A stretch of DNA of 64,000 nt, taken from assembly GCA_036172245.1 (NCBI GenBank), contig JAYWIR010000006.1, positions 1,240,001-1,304,000 on the forward strand, given 5' to 3'. The notes under the pieces are model-generated. The model did not search any database and was not told where the DNA came from. It was given only the letters and a program-made list of their open reading frames with translations. Numbering within the stretch: the first letter of the stretch is position 1; each line of letters begins with the position of its first letter. Positions 39,791 through 54,828 of this stretch are shown here, piece by piece. This DNA is from Raillietiella orientalis (lineage: Eukaryota). The position numbers and the translations under genes are program-made.

Positions 39791-42700
39791 TTCAGGTTTT
39801 CTGTCGTTCGATAGAAGAAACTTTTTCTCAACCGCGTTAAAGATGAGGGAAAAAATAAAGAGAGATCCATCAAATGTTCCAACAAAAGTAAGATGTTTTA
39901 CGTGGAATCGAAAAGGGAACGAAGGTGAAAGTGCTGTGTTTGAATTTTCACCGATCGACTATTTTACTGGTGAAGACTATGTACCCATTGCAACACGATT
40001 CCATTCCATGATAAGAGCGAAGAAAAATCTAGCAAGTGACTCTGGGATTATGGAGTGGGCAGAAGGAGAAGACGAATGAGATCACGTTCATGATCCGGAC
40101 GGACACCATCATGAACGAACGATCCTATGGAGCATGCAGAAGAAAATTGAGATGAGAGAGTAACCATGCTCACAAAATTCGACTTTGTACCGACAAAGTC
40201 ATTGACCATTCGCCCAATTTAGCTACGGAGTGGTCAGAAAGTGTCTGCCTTCCTGTTCGTTATGCCCTCCTCCTGAGAAGAATACGGGAAAAGGCAATCG
40301 TGAAGAAGTTCGAATGAAACTTTATATCGTATCATCATCATTTACCACATATTTACCCGTCATTATTTTTACTTTTGGGATGCTGCTAAATTTGTTCATT
40401 TCATTGTGAAAATACAAGTTACTGTTTGGCAATTTGGTTTCTCTCATTTAATTATCCATTCATTTTATTTTATTTTTTCAATTTTGATTACCCATCTGGA
40501 TACAATCAACAACATTCTACAAAGGCAGCATTTTTGAATTTTGGATTCCAGCAGAGGTGACCACGTCGGATGCGCACTGGACCAGCAGCTTCGCAGCAAT
40601 GCAGTTAGCTTGTGTTTAGTAATAGCTTTCACCTATGGTTTGATGAATTCTTTCCGGACGGATTTTCCGGACAGTTGGAGTTCTAAGAGAAAGTGATGTG
40701 CTTGTTTAAGCGAGGATGCTGCTTGTAGAATTAATCGGAAGCACTTGGCATGACCTCTCGTTCGGTAGCATCAGCTGACAGACATCTATCAATTCATAAG
40801 TTTTGCATGAATTCTTTCCTCTCTTTCTTAACCTTAAAATAAATACATGCATGCATGCATGTTTCACTAAGCAAAAATTCCTGATCTTTGGGATCGCGTG
40901 ATTTTTCACGTGCGTGGTTGTCGCTGTCATGCCACATTTTGCGTTAGAGCTTTTGAATCTGTGTAGCCACACTTCGACTATACCTCAGTCCACGTGCAAC
41001 TTTTTTATTTCAGGGGGTGGAGACCACCTGACACTGAAAATGCTTTTCAAGCTTCTCGACCTCTTGACTAGGACCGAGGCGAGCGACTTTTGGCGAAATT
41101 CTCTCAACCTCTTCTGACACGTGCCCAATGCTTGGACCACTGGTTGCCACGTAGTAGTGTCGTGTCGAGTAGTAAATGTGACCACGAAGACCCTGGGAGA
41201 GAAACTGAAATGACAAGCCTGTTCGTTGCGCCGTGCGTTTTGATGCTCTGGGGTGTAGAAAATTTTGCCACACTCTCGAAGGTGGTTTTCTGAGACGGTA
41301 CCAGTGGAATGATCAAAAGTTATCATTGGAAACTTCTTTTGTTCCTCACTGGTTGCCATGACATCCTTATTTGTCCTGTCGGACTGTCACTTATTCGCTG
41401 ACGCCGCTGGGTCTTTCTCAACGTGCCAAATCCTTCGGGTTTTCGTGAAAATCTGTTGTTGCACGTGTCCAAGATCCATTAAACACTTTCCTGTCTTCAG
41501 TTAAAATGCATTTGAAGCTCTGATGGCATTGATGTGTTGTCGATAATCGAAACGTGTCCAAAAGAACATGAATTCGTTTCCACTGATGTAAACTTCAAGG
41601 ACCGTTTCTCATTGCATGCAGCTCTTTGGTAACCAAAGTATAGCAAGGTGTCCTTTATAAATTAACGATAATCCTTCGTAAAATGACTTCTTAGACACTG
41701 CAGCAATCGAAGAATTTCTACACGATCGTCACCGTGTAATATCAAATGTCCATAACTGAATGATTTATGCAACCTTCTCGTTCTGCACTTATCTTCCATA
41801 AAACGAAGCACAAATCATTCCTTTCTTGCAGAAGTTATCGCCGCTTCTACAGGATTTCTGTTCCACAGAAAACTGCACACAAAGCTTGTGCAGAATAACA
41901 GAAGAAACATGGAAAGTGAAACCCGTCATCGAGAGTGGAAGGATCCACGGAACGTTTTTGAAACCTACAGAAGAATTCTTAGCAAGGAGGAATCTGCTGG
42001 TGCAAGGAACTCGAGAGTGACTCGATTTGCTGCCTTCCTCAGCCACCCTACTTTTCAAGCTCAGTTTTGCTTTCCTTGGTCCATTTCCTGAGCGGTAATT
42101 TCCATCAGACTTTGGTACCTCAAGCAGTAAGCTCCGACTGCCTGCTATGCATTTCGTTCAGTGCCGCAGGTGCTGCGGAGGCACTCTTTGTGCAGAGCAC
42201 AGCTTATCTCGAACCGCTCATTGTGCGTTTTCGAAGGCGCTCAGAAATAGCCTGGGCAAGTGGCGGAAGTGTCGCAAAAAATATTTGAAATGGAAAGTGC
42301 CAACTCTGGCAAGCAAATGTATCGCGGACAATTCCTCACCATCGGGCAGAGAAGGGTAACGAACTCGGCTGCGAGGTCCTGATAAGCGGAAACTCGGGGG
42401 GGATGGAGGGGGGCGGGGGAACAGCCTGCTACGCAATGGGTTCCCCCTCTCTACTCAACAAGGTACATCTTGAGCTCGGAAGTTCCCTGGGTCAGAAATA
42501 GGACAACCTGAGGTGTCTGTCTGTCCGATTTATAAGAGAGAGGGAGATCAAGAAACGAGGCTTCCGATGAACGCAGGCTGGTGTCCAGCTGGTGGAAGAT
42601 GGACTGCCAGCAGCAGACTTTGGTTAGGAGTTGGATGTTGTGGGAATTTTGGGGCGCACACTCGAGAAATACCATGGCAGTGTCACGCCAAGTGTAAGAG

Positions 42701-44249
42701 GAAGGGAGGGGGAGGAGCACAGCAATCTCGGATGTTTTGAACTCATGACGCAAGAGAGCCACAAACACGAGCACTTTGAACGAGTAGGTAATTTAGTTCA
42801 AGATAAGGATAATTGGCCAAGCGAAGGCTAAGCCGGACGCGGCCTCTATCGGAAGGAATAGAACAAATAAGAAACGATTTTTTCGTCTCTGGGAACTTTG
42901 GAATACTTTTTCTTCTTCTTCTTCTTCTTCTTCCCCCTAGAGGATCAACTGATCATCGGTGCCTGTCCGTTTCCTGGTCGTTTGCGTATTTTTTTCCACG
43001 GATGGCGTTTGTATAAGTTTTCCGATGTCTAGGGGATGGAAAAATGGAGCACAGAGAATGATGTTAGAACCCTCTGTAGTCGTATATTGTCGACTATGTA
43101 ATGTACCAGTTCCTTCTCCAGTGAACTCTTTCTCTCTCTCTTGTCATCAAGGGAATACAGGGGCAAGACGAGAATGCTTCTATGCTCACAGGTGAGGTAG
43201 GCTGGTAGAATCAGTCCATGAGCCACTTTTTGCCTGTAAAATCAAGGTGACGCGATCGGCCATGCGCTCCTGGAGTCTCTCTGGGAGATGGGCGCCCGAT
43301 TCTTAGGGCTCCTCAGGATGCAAGGTTCGGTTCACGCGGAGATCTGATAGAAGGAGTAGGGAGGCAGGTTTCCGGATGGTCGGGCTTCCTCTCAGCCAGG
43401 AGGGGAGGCGGAGGCATTCGGAAGCACCTCGCCGCTTCCGGGTGATCCACCCTGTGCTGACAGCGTGCAGCATCGGACTTTTCCGAGCACGGCTACTCTT
43501 CGGAACCCTTGAGGGACTCAAACACTCTGACCACGCTTCTGTGCAAACGAAACCACTCGCAGTCTTCTGCTTGAGGTCTTTCCTTTCAGCCATCTTGGAG
43601 AGCAGGATCGATCGGTGATTGGAAAAAGAAAGAAAGAAAAAAAGCATATGGTGATAATTTGTAATTTTTTAATAAGGTGATGCTTATTCTCTGTTTTGTT
43701 GATCATTTCATGCCAGGAAGCGTTTCTACGCCCTCGCCTTCCATCTTTGAACGATCCTCCACCCTAATGCCACGGTGATCTTCGTGTCGTCATTTTCTCA
43801 ACATGCGGAATGGCTAGAGAAAGCTGCTTCGCCTCCGTGCTTTCTCCTCTCTTTGTGTGCTCTCAAGCGAGCAATGCAAACACCCAAACCTTCGCAACCG
43901 CTCACAAACACCACCGACAGAATTACCAGCGCGTCCGGTATCTATGTTGCTGACAAGCTTGCTTCGGCGCTGTTTATCTTGGGAGAAGATCCTTGAGACG
44001 AGCATTTCTTGCTCTTTGCTGCTCCGGTTGTTTTCCACCCCACCCTCTTCTGTGTTTGCTGTTGACAAACGACGATGCGTCCGAATACTGCAGCATCTTC
44101 CAGAACTCTGTAGCATCCTTTCCGGTCGCAACGACGCCAGCAAAGAATGTTGGTTCCCCTTGTTGCAGAAAGATATAGTGGCTCATCGAACGGAAGTGCG
44201 GAGTCACCAATCCGAGTAACCTGACCTCAAGGGACTGCACGTCCCTTGG

Positions 44250-44750
44250 TTCTCACGTTTTTCGTTGGGAATGCTTTTATAGTGGACTTTCAGCACTGCA
44301 GTCCTTGGAAAGGTGGAAAATCCAGATTTATGTGGAGGAAAATTTGGAGTGATCGCGTTGGCATGGTACACCAGAAGTCGGCAGTACCCAGGAAGGCCAT
44401 TTCCAACATGCTGGCCACCTTGCGCAACGATCCACATGCTGAAAACACTTACAGAAGGGTGGATGAACACGGAGTAGATGTAATGAATTTTTTCCTTCGA
44501 TGAAACGCAAACCTTCCAGCCCAGGGGATGACGGGTTTTATAACGATGTCGACATTGCGGACGAAGGTGGATTCAGCTTTTCCCTTCTGCACGCGCACCT
44601 TTCGCGTCCCATCCGGGAATGTTGCAATGCACGGCTCCTGAATAGAACCAGCTTCCTGTAAGCAAAATTCTGCTTTTTTGATGGATTCTGCGGCTCTTTT
44701 CCGGTGGGAAGTAGCGAACAAGGGAGGCTCTGCACAGCCTATTTCCAAGT
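44250..44750 (-). mobile_element. Decayed Gypsy-like integrase remnant
   Basis: CACRREK (zinc-finger CxxC-like), then VDRCARWP (cf. VDRFTRWP) and WV..SGVP..D (cf. W..RFGVP..D) in the expected order. Confidence 0.4.
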
Positions 44751-47700
44751 TTCGAAGATCGCTATGTAAAGGAGACGATGCCTGGAAAAAAGCTTTTCAT
44801 GAGGAAGAAAGGAGAAAAGTGCATCCCAAAGTCCGGATGAATTACGATAGCCAAAATCGGATCCCAGAAAAACTGTTCGCCCTTCCCCCCCCCCCTCCCA
44901 AAGTTAATTATTCTACCGTCTTGGACCTGAAGTTTGTTTTACTTCTCATTCACAAGCAAGTGGTACACATGGGATGGACACAGGTACACTCAAAGTTTGC
45001 ACAAAGAATTGCCGCGATGCAAAGCGGTAGAATAATTAACTTCCCATCTTGTATAGTCAACAGTTGGAGAGAACCCACTAAATCTGCAAAAATTTCCCAT
45101 CACAAGTTGAATTCTTTGAATTCATGCCTGTGATTCCATGTTTCGTCTTCATACCATGCCAAAACATAAGAATTCTCACTTGCCTTTCGATGACAGCGTA
45201 TCAATCAATTTATTTGACGATGATTAGTTGCTTCCAGGTGCAACTTGCCTAACGCCGATTCCCTCAAATTTGAATTATCCCAAGATGCTACAAACCCCAT
45301 ATGGGATCCCATATAGGACCCCAGCATGGTGCACACGCTTCCCAGCATCATGAGCTTTATTTTCAATTTTTTATGAGTGTTTCCTTTGCTTCTACTCCTA
45401 GCTCAGGTTACAAAGAAGACTGCTCTAGATTCCTCCTGATTTCAACTTCATAAAGCCATGAGCTCCCCAAAGGTTTTCACAGAGAATTTTGTGACTTTGA
45501 ATCGACTATCGGGAAGTAACTTGTCACTGCTACACATTCTTTTCGGTGTAGCTTTTATCTATCCTTCACCTTGGAATGCACTTTTCCATCCATGTTTTTG
45601 TTGCGCATCTCACATTACTCATGTTCTACCGTCAATATTATCTTTCATCCTTTGAATGCACCGTGTGTTATTCGTTTTACGGTATATGAGGTTTGGTTCC
45701 TTGGAAAGCCTGAAGTACCGTCATTCGCATAAACAACTCATGATGCGTAATTTATCTACAGCCACTCGATCTTTGGTTTTACCCTTCTAACTGCGACATC
45801 CTTTCTGGTAAACGTTTAGAGTCTTCCCTGATGCTTCCGTGTCCCTTGGAGGCATTCCTTCGAATTGTCCCACTTCAGTATGGGCACACAATCGGGAGTG
45901 GAGCATGAGTTTCCCGTAATATCATGGTACTTTGCAGCTTTGGTACATCAGAAGATCCAAACCCCAGCAGACCAGGATGAGTGAATTCGAAGTTAATAAC
46001 GGGAATTTTAAGATTCATGAGGACTGCAAGTGAGTCGAAAGCTCTTTTAAATCCACCAATACTTCTTTGAGATTCAGGAAAGTATCAAAACATGAAGAAT
46101 CATACTGTAACTTGACTTCTGGCAGTTCGGAAAAGTACTTGATTTCCGTGTTTTCCTGGCCAAAGTGTCCCTTCCCGCGCCTTGGATTTTAGGAGACACA
46201 ACACAAGAACACCATTGTGTACTTGATGTTTCATATTACACACAAGCTATATTGCCCCAAAAAACAAAAACCAAAGGAACTTCTTCATTGAACTCGAAAG
46301 TACATTCCCATATATTCCTGGATCGAAATTGCAAGCATAAACAAAACAATATTGAGAAGTATTTGGAAAACATAAGTTGAAAAAATGCACTGTGAGTGTT
46401 CTTCGAGTATGCCCTATGAATGTTTACCCTTCTTTCCTGGATCCACGTAGAGGCACTCTAAAACGTCATGTTCTTAAAGAAATCTTCATTTCATAGGACA
46501 CCGTTGCCAATACTTCCGGTCCATGATTGATTTTTTCGTGAAACTTGAGATCAAAAATACTCTCAACCTTTTTTATAGGTTCCTTTTTTCCTGTTGACAT
46601 GATACATACGTTAGGAAGATTGCTGTAATGCACTACCGCAACTAATCATTCCATAAAATGCGACTTTCTTCTGGAATCACTACTTGTTTTGCGAACTTTT
46701 TGTAATTTTGATTGACATTTATGAATGCCGGGATAATTCCAGCATTCATAAATGAGTAAGAGAAAATTAATAGAAAAAAGTTTTTTTTTTTCTACCAGCC
46801 TACCATCCCACAAGCGTTCCAAAGCTCCGCACATACATAGAAAACAAACAAGAAAACGCTTAAACGATCGTTTAATGTTCTCAGGTTTAAATCTTTCAAA
46901 AACAAACAGGAATAAAATTTTTTCAAAGATGTCATTGTTCAGTCTAAAAACTCTCTTATGAATATTCTCTTTGACTGTTATATAAAACTAGTCATTACTA
47001 TTAATTTTTATATCATTTTTATCGTTTATGATGATGATAGAAGTTGTCTTCAATGTAAACTAACAAAATGCAATCCCTCTTCCCCACAGAAAAAATAACT
47101 GAGATAAGACAGCTATTTAATGATATAGCATGCGGTCTATTTACCAATTTTCAACATTTCCTTCGTTATATCAAAGTGACTATGTCCAATGGAAACAAAA
47201 ATGAAATTTCTTGTTTACATCAATGCAATTTATGGTCCTAATGCTGATGTTTTCATTCACCCTTTGAACTGATTCAAGTTCTCCGCTGAAGGATGTAAAA
47301 ACAGACGCAATATTTTTTTGAAAGGAGCAGTACAGCTTTGTGGAAATGGCAAAGAAGCAAAAGTAATAATTGTAACCTGTGTGATGAAAATTACAAACTG
47401 TTGATTATTAAGGACTCAGTGGAGTAGATATTATTTTGACTCTTTACTGAATGATATTGATACCTTAGCATTTACTACGAGAAAACTCTGAATAAAAGTT
47501 TTGTAGTTTTTTACTGCTTGTTCAAAAAATCTATAGGTTTATAGAAACTGTTCGTCAATCTGCCTTAGGTAAAATGCATAATAGCAAGAACTACAGTTTT
47601 TTGGATTCACAAGTCTCCAAGGCTATTTGAATTTGGGAAAAGAATAAAAAGAAATAACGATCAACAATTTTTAGCTAAAGCAAAGTGTTTTTCAGGAATG

Positions 47701-48093
47701 GCTACTACTTTCCTAAAGTATTTTGAAATACAATATGAACTATGTCAATTAAGTTTCATATTTTTCCATCCAAAAGAATATTTTTTAAAATTATACTTTT
47801 CATAACTATTCTTCCAAGTCATTGAATTTCTTTACAAATATGTTGCCCTATGCTCCAACAAAATATCTGCGGATGGAGCTAGGAAATGCTGCAACTTGAC
47901 ATTAGCCGTATTTACACCTATTTTGCATCCTATATTTACAGTGATTTTATTTGCATATCATAAAAACTAAGAAAGTCTTTTAAAATCAATTTAAAGCAAG
48001 GTGATTTCAAAAAAACTGAATGCATTAGTTACGATTAATCTAATTTTGCTTATGTTCTTCTTTGATCATATAGTCCGGCATTAGGTGTAAAGT

Positions 48094-48430
48094 TCAGAAG
48101 AGATACAAAGGCTCGACATGATAAAGTATAGAGATTGAAATAAGAAGAATGCAATGCTCTTTTCTCTCTGCCTCTTGCTTCAGTGTTGTTCTAAACATAT
48201 TCTGGATATGCAGAAATGTGCTCCGAGCATCGTTAACTATAATGCTGAAAAATGGAGTGTAAAGGATAAATGCACCATAATCTAGACAAGAAGTTATAAT
48301 CGATGATGCATTCAGAGCGCTGTCGATGATGAGCACAATTTATTCTTACTTTCATTCCATATGTGGAGTTAATCTTGTGGGTTTTCTGCAATTTAGTTCG
48401 AAAATGTGAAGAACACTCCAGAATCCAATC
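48094..48430 (-). pseudogene. Possible bunyavirus-like L fragment (motif E and downstream)
   Basis: HIFELNCRKPTRLTPH (cf. motif E E.NS...P), then, after stops in the same frame, IDSALNASSIITSCLDYGAF. Weak similarity. Confidence 0.25.
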
Positions 48431-49775
48431 CAGAATGCAACGGAGACAAAAACGGAAATCAGATATTTCGATTCAACCTTAAGACACAGCAATTTTAAAA
48501 TCACTTGGTTGATTAGTGAGAAGTTGTTTTATATTTGCATGTTCTAAATACTTCAACTTAAAATCAAGTGTTGATTATTTAGAAAAAGTCGGAAAGATGG
48601 TCATTCATGTGCAATCATAAGTATGCAAAATCATTAAAAATGTTCTTCAATTTTCTTTCGTGGTTAACAACACTTGTCTTCACTCATTAAGTTTTTATTT
48701 ACAGAACAGTTCACGATAATGTACAATACCAAAGATCTATTTCTCTTTTCCCGCTAGCTCGGAATTTTACCAATCAGTCGTGATACTCAACTCTGGAAAT
48801 ATAAATGCTATGGAAATATGCTATCAGGAATCATATGCAAACTATCTCCTAAGTGATACATTTTTGGAATTCCGGAACTGCAAGCTGAAATTGCCGCATA
48901 CGCTCACGGACAAAATTGATAAATCAAGAAAGCATTTTTCGTGTCTTGAAATACAAAATGCCTGTTCAAAAATACATCGAGAAATATAGATACTTTTTCA
49001 CTTTGTAAACGTATTTTATTGAATTATGATTTAAAGAAAATCTTTTCCTATACTATAACACTTTACATTCAGGACTTTTTGAAAATCCCAGTTCTGCACA
49101 TTATGGAACTTGGCAAAATTGTGAACAGAAATGGTCCAGCTGTAATGCCATGTGTGGAACATGGTAAGATTATTAAAAGTAGTTTGACAAACATCTACGA
49201 ATACAAGTAGCATTTCTGGATTGTTAATAATGTATTGTTCGAACAGTTTTCTTTTTTTCCTCTAATCTTGTACGTTTGAATTCTAAGTAAAAGCAAGTAA
49301 TTTGGTCAAGAATCCGGTGCAAGCATATGCAATTATTTAAGTAAATAAAAGCACCCACAAATCTTGGTTTTTGAAGATTTTATTTTAGTTTTTCTATTAA
49401 AGATTTCTGTTTAAAACTTCATACAACTCAAACATGGATGAAGGTTAAAATGTGTGCTGGAACTCTAGTGATTTGGTGTTACGTATCAGTTTTTCTGCCA
49501 GTGTTCGTTTTTGTATTTTAAGTGTTCAGAAGCAGTTTTTATTTAGAAAACACACAAGTTGAAATCTAGTGTTCCAAGTACATGTTATCACTAATTTTGA
49601 ACTGAATTGATATTGAAAACTTATATCATTATTAATTGCATTTGTAGCATTTCGCGTATAATACGTGTAAATCAGTTCTGTATCTACATTAGAATTTCTT
49701 CTCGCGTCATTTCTTAATCACGAAAAGTGTCTAATATTTTTATGTTGCTCATAAGGTTGGCTGCAAATATAGCAG

Positions 49776-52471
49776 ATGGCACAAAATGTATCAGCATGTA
49801 ATCAGATCCCTGCATTAAGTTTCAACATAAATTTGGATTGTGATGAGCAATTTGAAAGCTTTGTCACTTTTGAAGGTATAATACTTTTGCTCTTTTTGTG
49901 GTTTGAGAATTGAGGTATTTATTACCGAAATATTCATCAGTGTTTTTGTGCTCTGAAAGAATTATTCAGTTTAATCATTTGGGTTTGTTTTTATAATATC
50001 TGTACAGATTACTTTTTAACATGTAGATTAAGTTTGATCATTTCTGAACCATGGTAACACAGCTGATATCATACGGATAGAATTTTCTCTCTTAACGTTT
50101 TAGGATATTTTAAGCATTTGGGCGAATTAAAAAAACATTATGTGAAAATAGGTTTTAATGTAATTTGTATCATCTGATAAAGATGGTAATTTGCATGCCA
50201 TTTCTGCTCAACCAGGGAGCAGTTATTTCTGCAACAAATACCTTTTTGCAAAAAACTGTAGGTTATATATGGTGTTGGTTGATCTTCACCACAAGTCTCT
50301 TTGTCATGAATAATTTATTGTCATGATAAAAAGGGAACTGGGTAATTGAAGCATGCTTTGTCTGGGAATTTTGTTTTTTCTCACCCTGTAGAAGATGCGA
50401 TCAGAACCTATCATATGCAATATAAATGATACTATTGTATCTTAAACTGGATAACATTCTATCTTAAACTTTTACAATCTTTTGCATTAGCTTCAGGAAC
50501 ATGGAGAAACTAATTGCACAGGTACACTTTATAATGATTCGTTGATTTGTTTTGAACACATCACAGTGCTTGCAATAAACAAACCATAGTTAAAAGTTTA
50601 GTCCAGGAGAAATGTTAGTCATGTGTAAGTGATAAATGAAACAAAAGCAAAGTGTGGTTGGAAACTTAGATACATGCAAACCATAGTTTGCATGTAATGT
50701 GAAAGTATGCCTTTGATATTTTTAATGTTATTATTGAATGATTTTGAAGAAATGTCAATATAATATTTAAACTATCTAAGCATATCATGAAGTGTATTGA
50801 AGGACATTGCTTGGTACATTTTATGCAAATCTGCTCAAAGTTCAAACATGAAAAATCCCTAAATTCATCATGAAGACCCCAGATTAAATAAGGAGGATTG
50901 TTATTAACTTGCGAATTTCAAGCTACAGATTTGTAAACATTTGCGGATTTTAGATTGTGCACCATGTGTGGTTTCACATACTGATTTTAGATTTTGTAAA
51001 AGATTATGATGGAATAATTCAAGCATGATTGTTAAAGCCAATATATGGAAGAGATCTTTCAAAGCTGGTTTGTGGTTGACCTTTCTTCTAAGGGTTCTTG
51101 GATTATTTTGAAGGAAATAATACGTTCATCATGAATTTTACAATGAAAAGGAAAAGGCATACTTTGTTGATAAGAATATAATATTTTGAAATATTCATGT
51201 GAATTGTCAATTGAAGGTATAACTCATTTTCATTAAATCATCATAGGTGATTCATCATATCCCACAGAAGCAGCACATGCATCACATGACATTCCGAGTT
51301 GCTCAAACAAACATCCAGATAGGATGGGGCATAAAAAGCCTAGTCAGACTAGTCTTAGTAAGTAAGCTGAGATCAAATCTATAAAAGAATTTCACTTGGA
51401 AAAAAAAAAAAAGAACCATTTTTGATGGGGTTTGGGTTTTGTATCTAGACAGCACTACAGACAATTCAGAGGAAGAATTTGGTAGTTTTGCCACATTTGT
51501 TTCACCTGCCAATCAGTCTGTTCAACCTGTTAGTGCTCCCACTGTTTCCCTAGTCACAGATGAGGACTATAGTGACTTTGCTACATCCCCCATTAGCACT
51601 GAGTACCAACAAGCACAGCAAGTGAATTAGTTCACTGCAATTTGATGAGAGTAAATCTCTCTCCTTTTCTTCCAGGATATGTGGGCTGTTGTTTTCCGCT
51701 CCCAATATTCCTTTCCTAGTGTTAGTATTTCACCACTAATCCCATCCCAGAAATTATGGACTCAGTTGTGGGGGGATGATAATTCCCGTGCTCTTAGCTT
51801 TCAATGGGTTTCATGTCAAACTCGTGCATGGCTACTTCGGATTCTTAAAATGGAGTCCCGGAATTTAGTAAGATTCAAATGCAAACAATGTGCAATCATT
51901 AATAGTTTTGTCCTGCTTTCTCTCGTACTATGCAGTATTTGGAACCTATGAACAGAGCAGATAACATGAAAACAAATGAAACAGGGAAACAAGTAAGTAG
52001 CCTGAATAGATAGTTTGCATATTTGCATATTAGTCTGCTCCCCGGATGCTCAAATGTGTACCTCCTGTGCAGTTTGATTGGGGTAGCAGTGGTCTCATCA
52101 ATCCTCTGGATGGTAAGTAGAAGATGTGATTTCTGATTTGCTGAGTTTTACAGATTGTGACTTTGGGCTTTTGAGTCTGGATGCAGTTGAATCAGCTGAT
52201 TGCAAACCATTCAAAGATTCTCAGTTATCTTGTAAGGTGAAAGCATTAGTTGGATTATTGGATTTTTCCAGATTTGGAAGAGGCTGTGGAATCTGCTCCA
52301 CCTTTGCTTTCTTTGGATACTTTAATGGCTTCTGCTGGAATTTCTTTGTCAGTTATACCATCTCAGCCTTTGTCTTCAGCTGGAAGGGAATTGCTTACTA
52401 AATTGCCTGATCTCTCCTTTATGAAGTCCAAAGTTCTGATGTTCCCTGTTCACAGTCATACAACAGACTAG
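49776..52471 (+). CDS. AFTPH: Aftiphilin-like clathrin/AP-1 adaptor accessory protein
   Basis: Acidic-Phe motifs (EEFGSFATF, DYSDF, QFESF), LWTQL..ALSFQW, FDWGSSGLINPLD and C-terminal LPDLSFMKSKVLMFP. The first coding exon 49776-49875 is inferred from a phase-1 match to the exon at 51247, so the 5' end is less certain. Confidence 0.8.
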
Positions 52472-54828
52472 TCAGTGTTGGGCAGAACTTGCATATAAGC
52501 CACACATTTATTTAATTTATAAAAGTGCTTTTTCATTCCATGTATGGACCAAGCAGCTGATCTAAGACAAATGATATTCCAGGTAGTGCAGATTCAGTAA
52601 TTCTTAGTACAGGACTTTTGTGTTTAGGCAGGCTGGGCACATGAAATTGGATTTCCAGTCATAAACACATTTTCACACTTGTACACACAAGAAACATGTG
52701 AAGCATGCAAATCAGAAAGATTACGTAAAGTACCAAATAATTTAATAAAAATCTGAAATTGTGTTCAACAGACATATTTAGTCAGCAAGTGCCACATGGG
52801 CAACTGCTATATTCTATAGCAGTATGAATCTCAATAAGCAGAATAGTTAGCGTTCTCCCAATCCAGTTCGCGAATCATTAATCGGTAAAGCTCATAAACC
52901 GATACAGTTCTTTTTGTGTGAAACACCAACATTTGCGACGGTGTATTACAAACTTTTTTTCATGTATTTCAAACTTGGTTTACGTGTGCATTTAACGTGT
53001 TTTTGTAAATGCTGCTGCAAATGCATGGTGCTAGAAAGCCCTACTGATCAAACAGTACTCTGCATGGCATATGCAAAAAAATCACCGATTTGGGACCACC
53101 CATTACACCGGCGCTCGTTTCAGATTTTCGGATGTATGCCTATGGGTTACCCCTGTGGTTGACATCTAGCTTCAAAATATTTTTTTTTTAGTCCTGCCGT
53201 GTGTGCTGCTTATTTGGAATACTTGAAATGGTGTTACAATATTTCTGATGCTGACGCATTTCTCATAGCTGTTTATTCGGTGATTTACGAAACCTGTGGT
53301 GATTTCGATGAAACTACAGAAGGTTCCAGTCGTGCACCGTGCGAGTACTTATCCACTTAGTTGCCACTTCTTCATGATCTGTAGATGTTTGCATTCTGTT
53401 GCGAGTGTTTGCCCATTGGTGATGGGTTGTCTAAAACAACATGTCATTTTAGATTCCTTATTTGCATAGAAATAGTGAAAGCGCCCTTCGTGTTTTATTC
53501 GTAGCTTTAGCGTTTGTAAACAGCTCACTAATTGATGCGACACAAACATGGCATTCAAGATTAAATCTCTTGGCTGCTTCACTCCATGGCATCTCGTTTG
53601 CTGACTGTTCAAGATCATGGTCTCTGCATGTGCTCATCGCATCACCATCATGCAAGTTTATACTTGAGTAGGCCTTTCGTCCTAAGTTTTCAACGAACAG
53701 AAACTTATTGTGCGTGTTGGTGCTTCTGTCGCAGTATTTCTGAAATTCTGACTCTTTGACTCCATAGTAGTTATATATCCTAGATATTTTCAGTATTTAT
53801 ATCGCTGATGCCTTATTTGCACTGTATACAAACCAAAGCTTTGTTGTGTATCCTTTGAAAAATAGTGATGTACTTTGAAGCAATTAAAGTTTTATTTTTC
53901 AAACATAGTTTGGAATTTAACTTAATGTATGGCAACTTCCGAATTTTCGTTAGTAAAGTTCGTAAAGCTATCTACATATATTTCTTTCAAGCTTATTCCG
54001 TTTTTTTCCCTTTGGAATTTCATATTTCTTTATTTGAAATTTTTCCTTATCACATGTTCCCAGTACATTCGATTTCATAATTATTCGATGACTTCCCAGA
54101 TATATACCTTGTTCTCTACTTCACTGATGTATTTGAATTTCACATTATGTATAGGTGATTTTCTAGAAAGTGACCTACAGCGGTAGTTCTGCCCAGCTTG
54201 TTACCAAATTTCTTACACTTTATGGTAATCAGTTTTTCACAATTCGCTTCTAGAAAATTCCAGAAGCATCTCCATTTGATCAATAAATTTTCCAAGAAAT
54301 TTGGTTACTTAAAAATGAAACCGAAAAAGTATAAATTCTTTCAGCATAATCACTATTACGAGAAGAAAAGAGAAAAAGCATCAAAAACTGTCATCATTTC
54401 ATCTTAAGTATTTCATGGAAAAATTGTTTTAAGCGATGACATAAGTGGATGGTTATTTAAATTTTCTGAGTCTGTTCTAAAATAATATCAAAAAAGTTAT
54501 TCGTAATATGCTAAACAGTTGAAAGACCAAGCGTGCAGCACTAAGAACCAATTACTTATCCAATCGTTGGAATTATGCTTAATAAGAAACCACTTCTCCA
54601 AAGCCAGTATTATACAATTATCTTTGGACGATTAATTTGAATTTATAATTGCATTCTAAAAAATTCATGCTCCACGCTTTGCTTTATAGTTCATTCCATT
54701 TTCAAATCTTTCATCTCCATTAGAACAAAGCAACTAAAATGGAAATCACTAAGTGTTTTTTCCATATTCTTTAACATGAATTTCAGATGGAAATCATGAT
54801 GTACTTTCCATTTTTCTTGAGTAATTAG

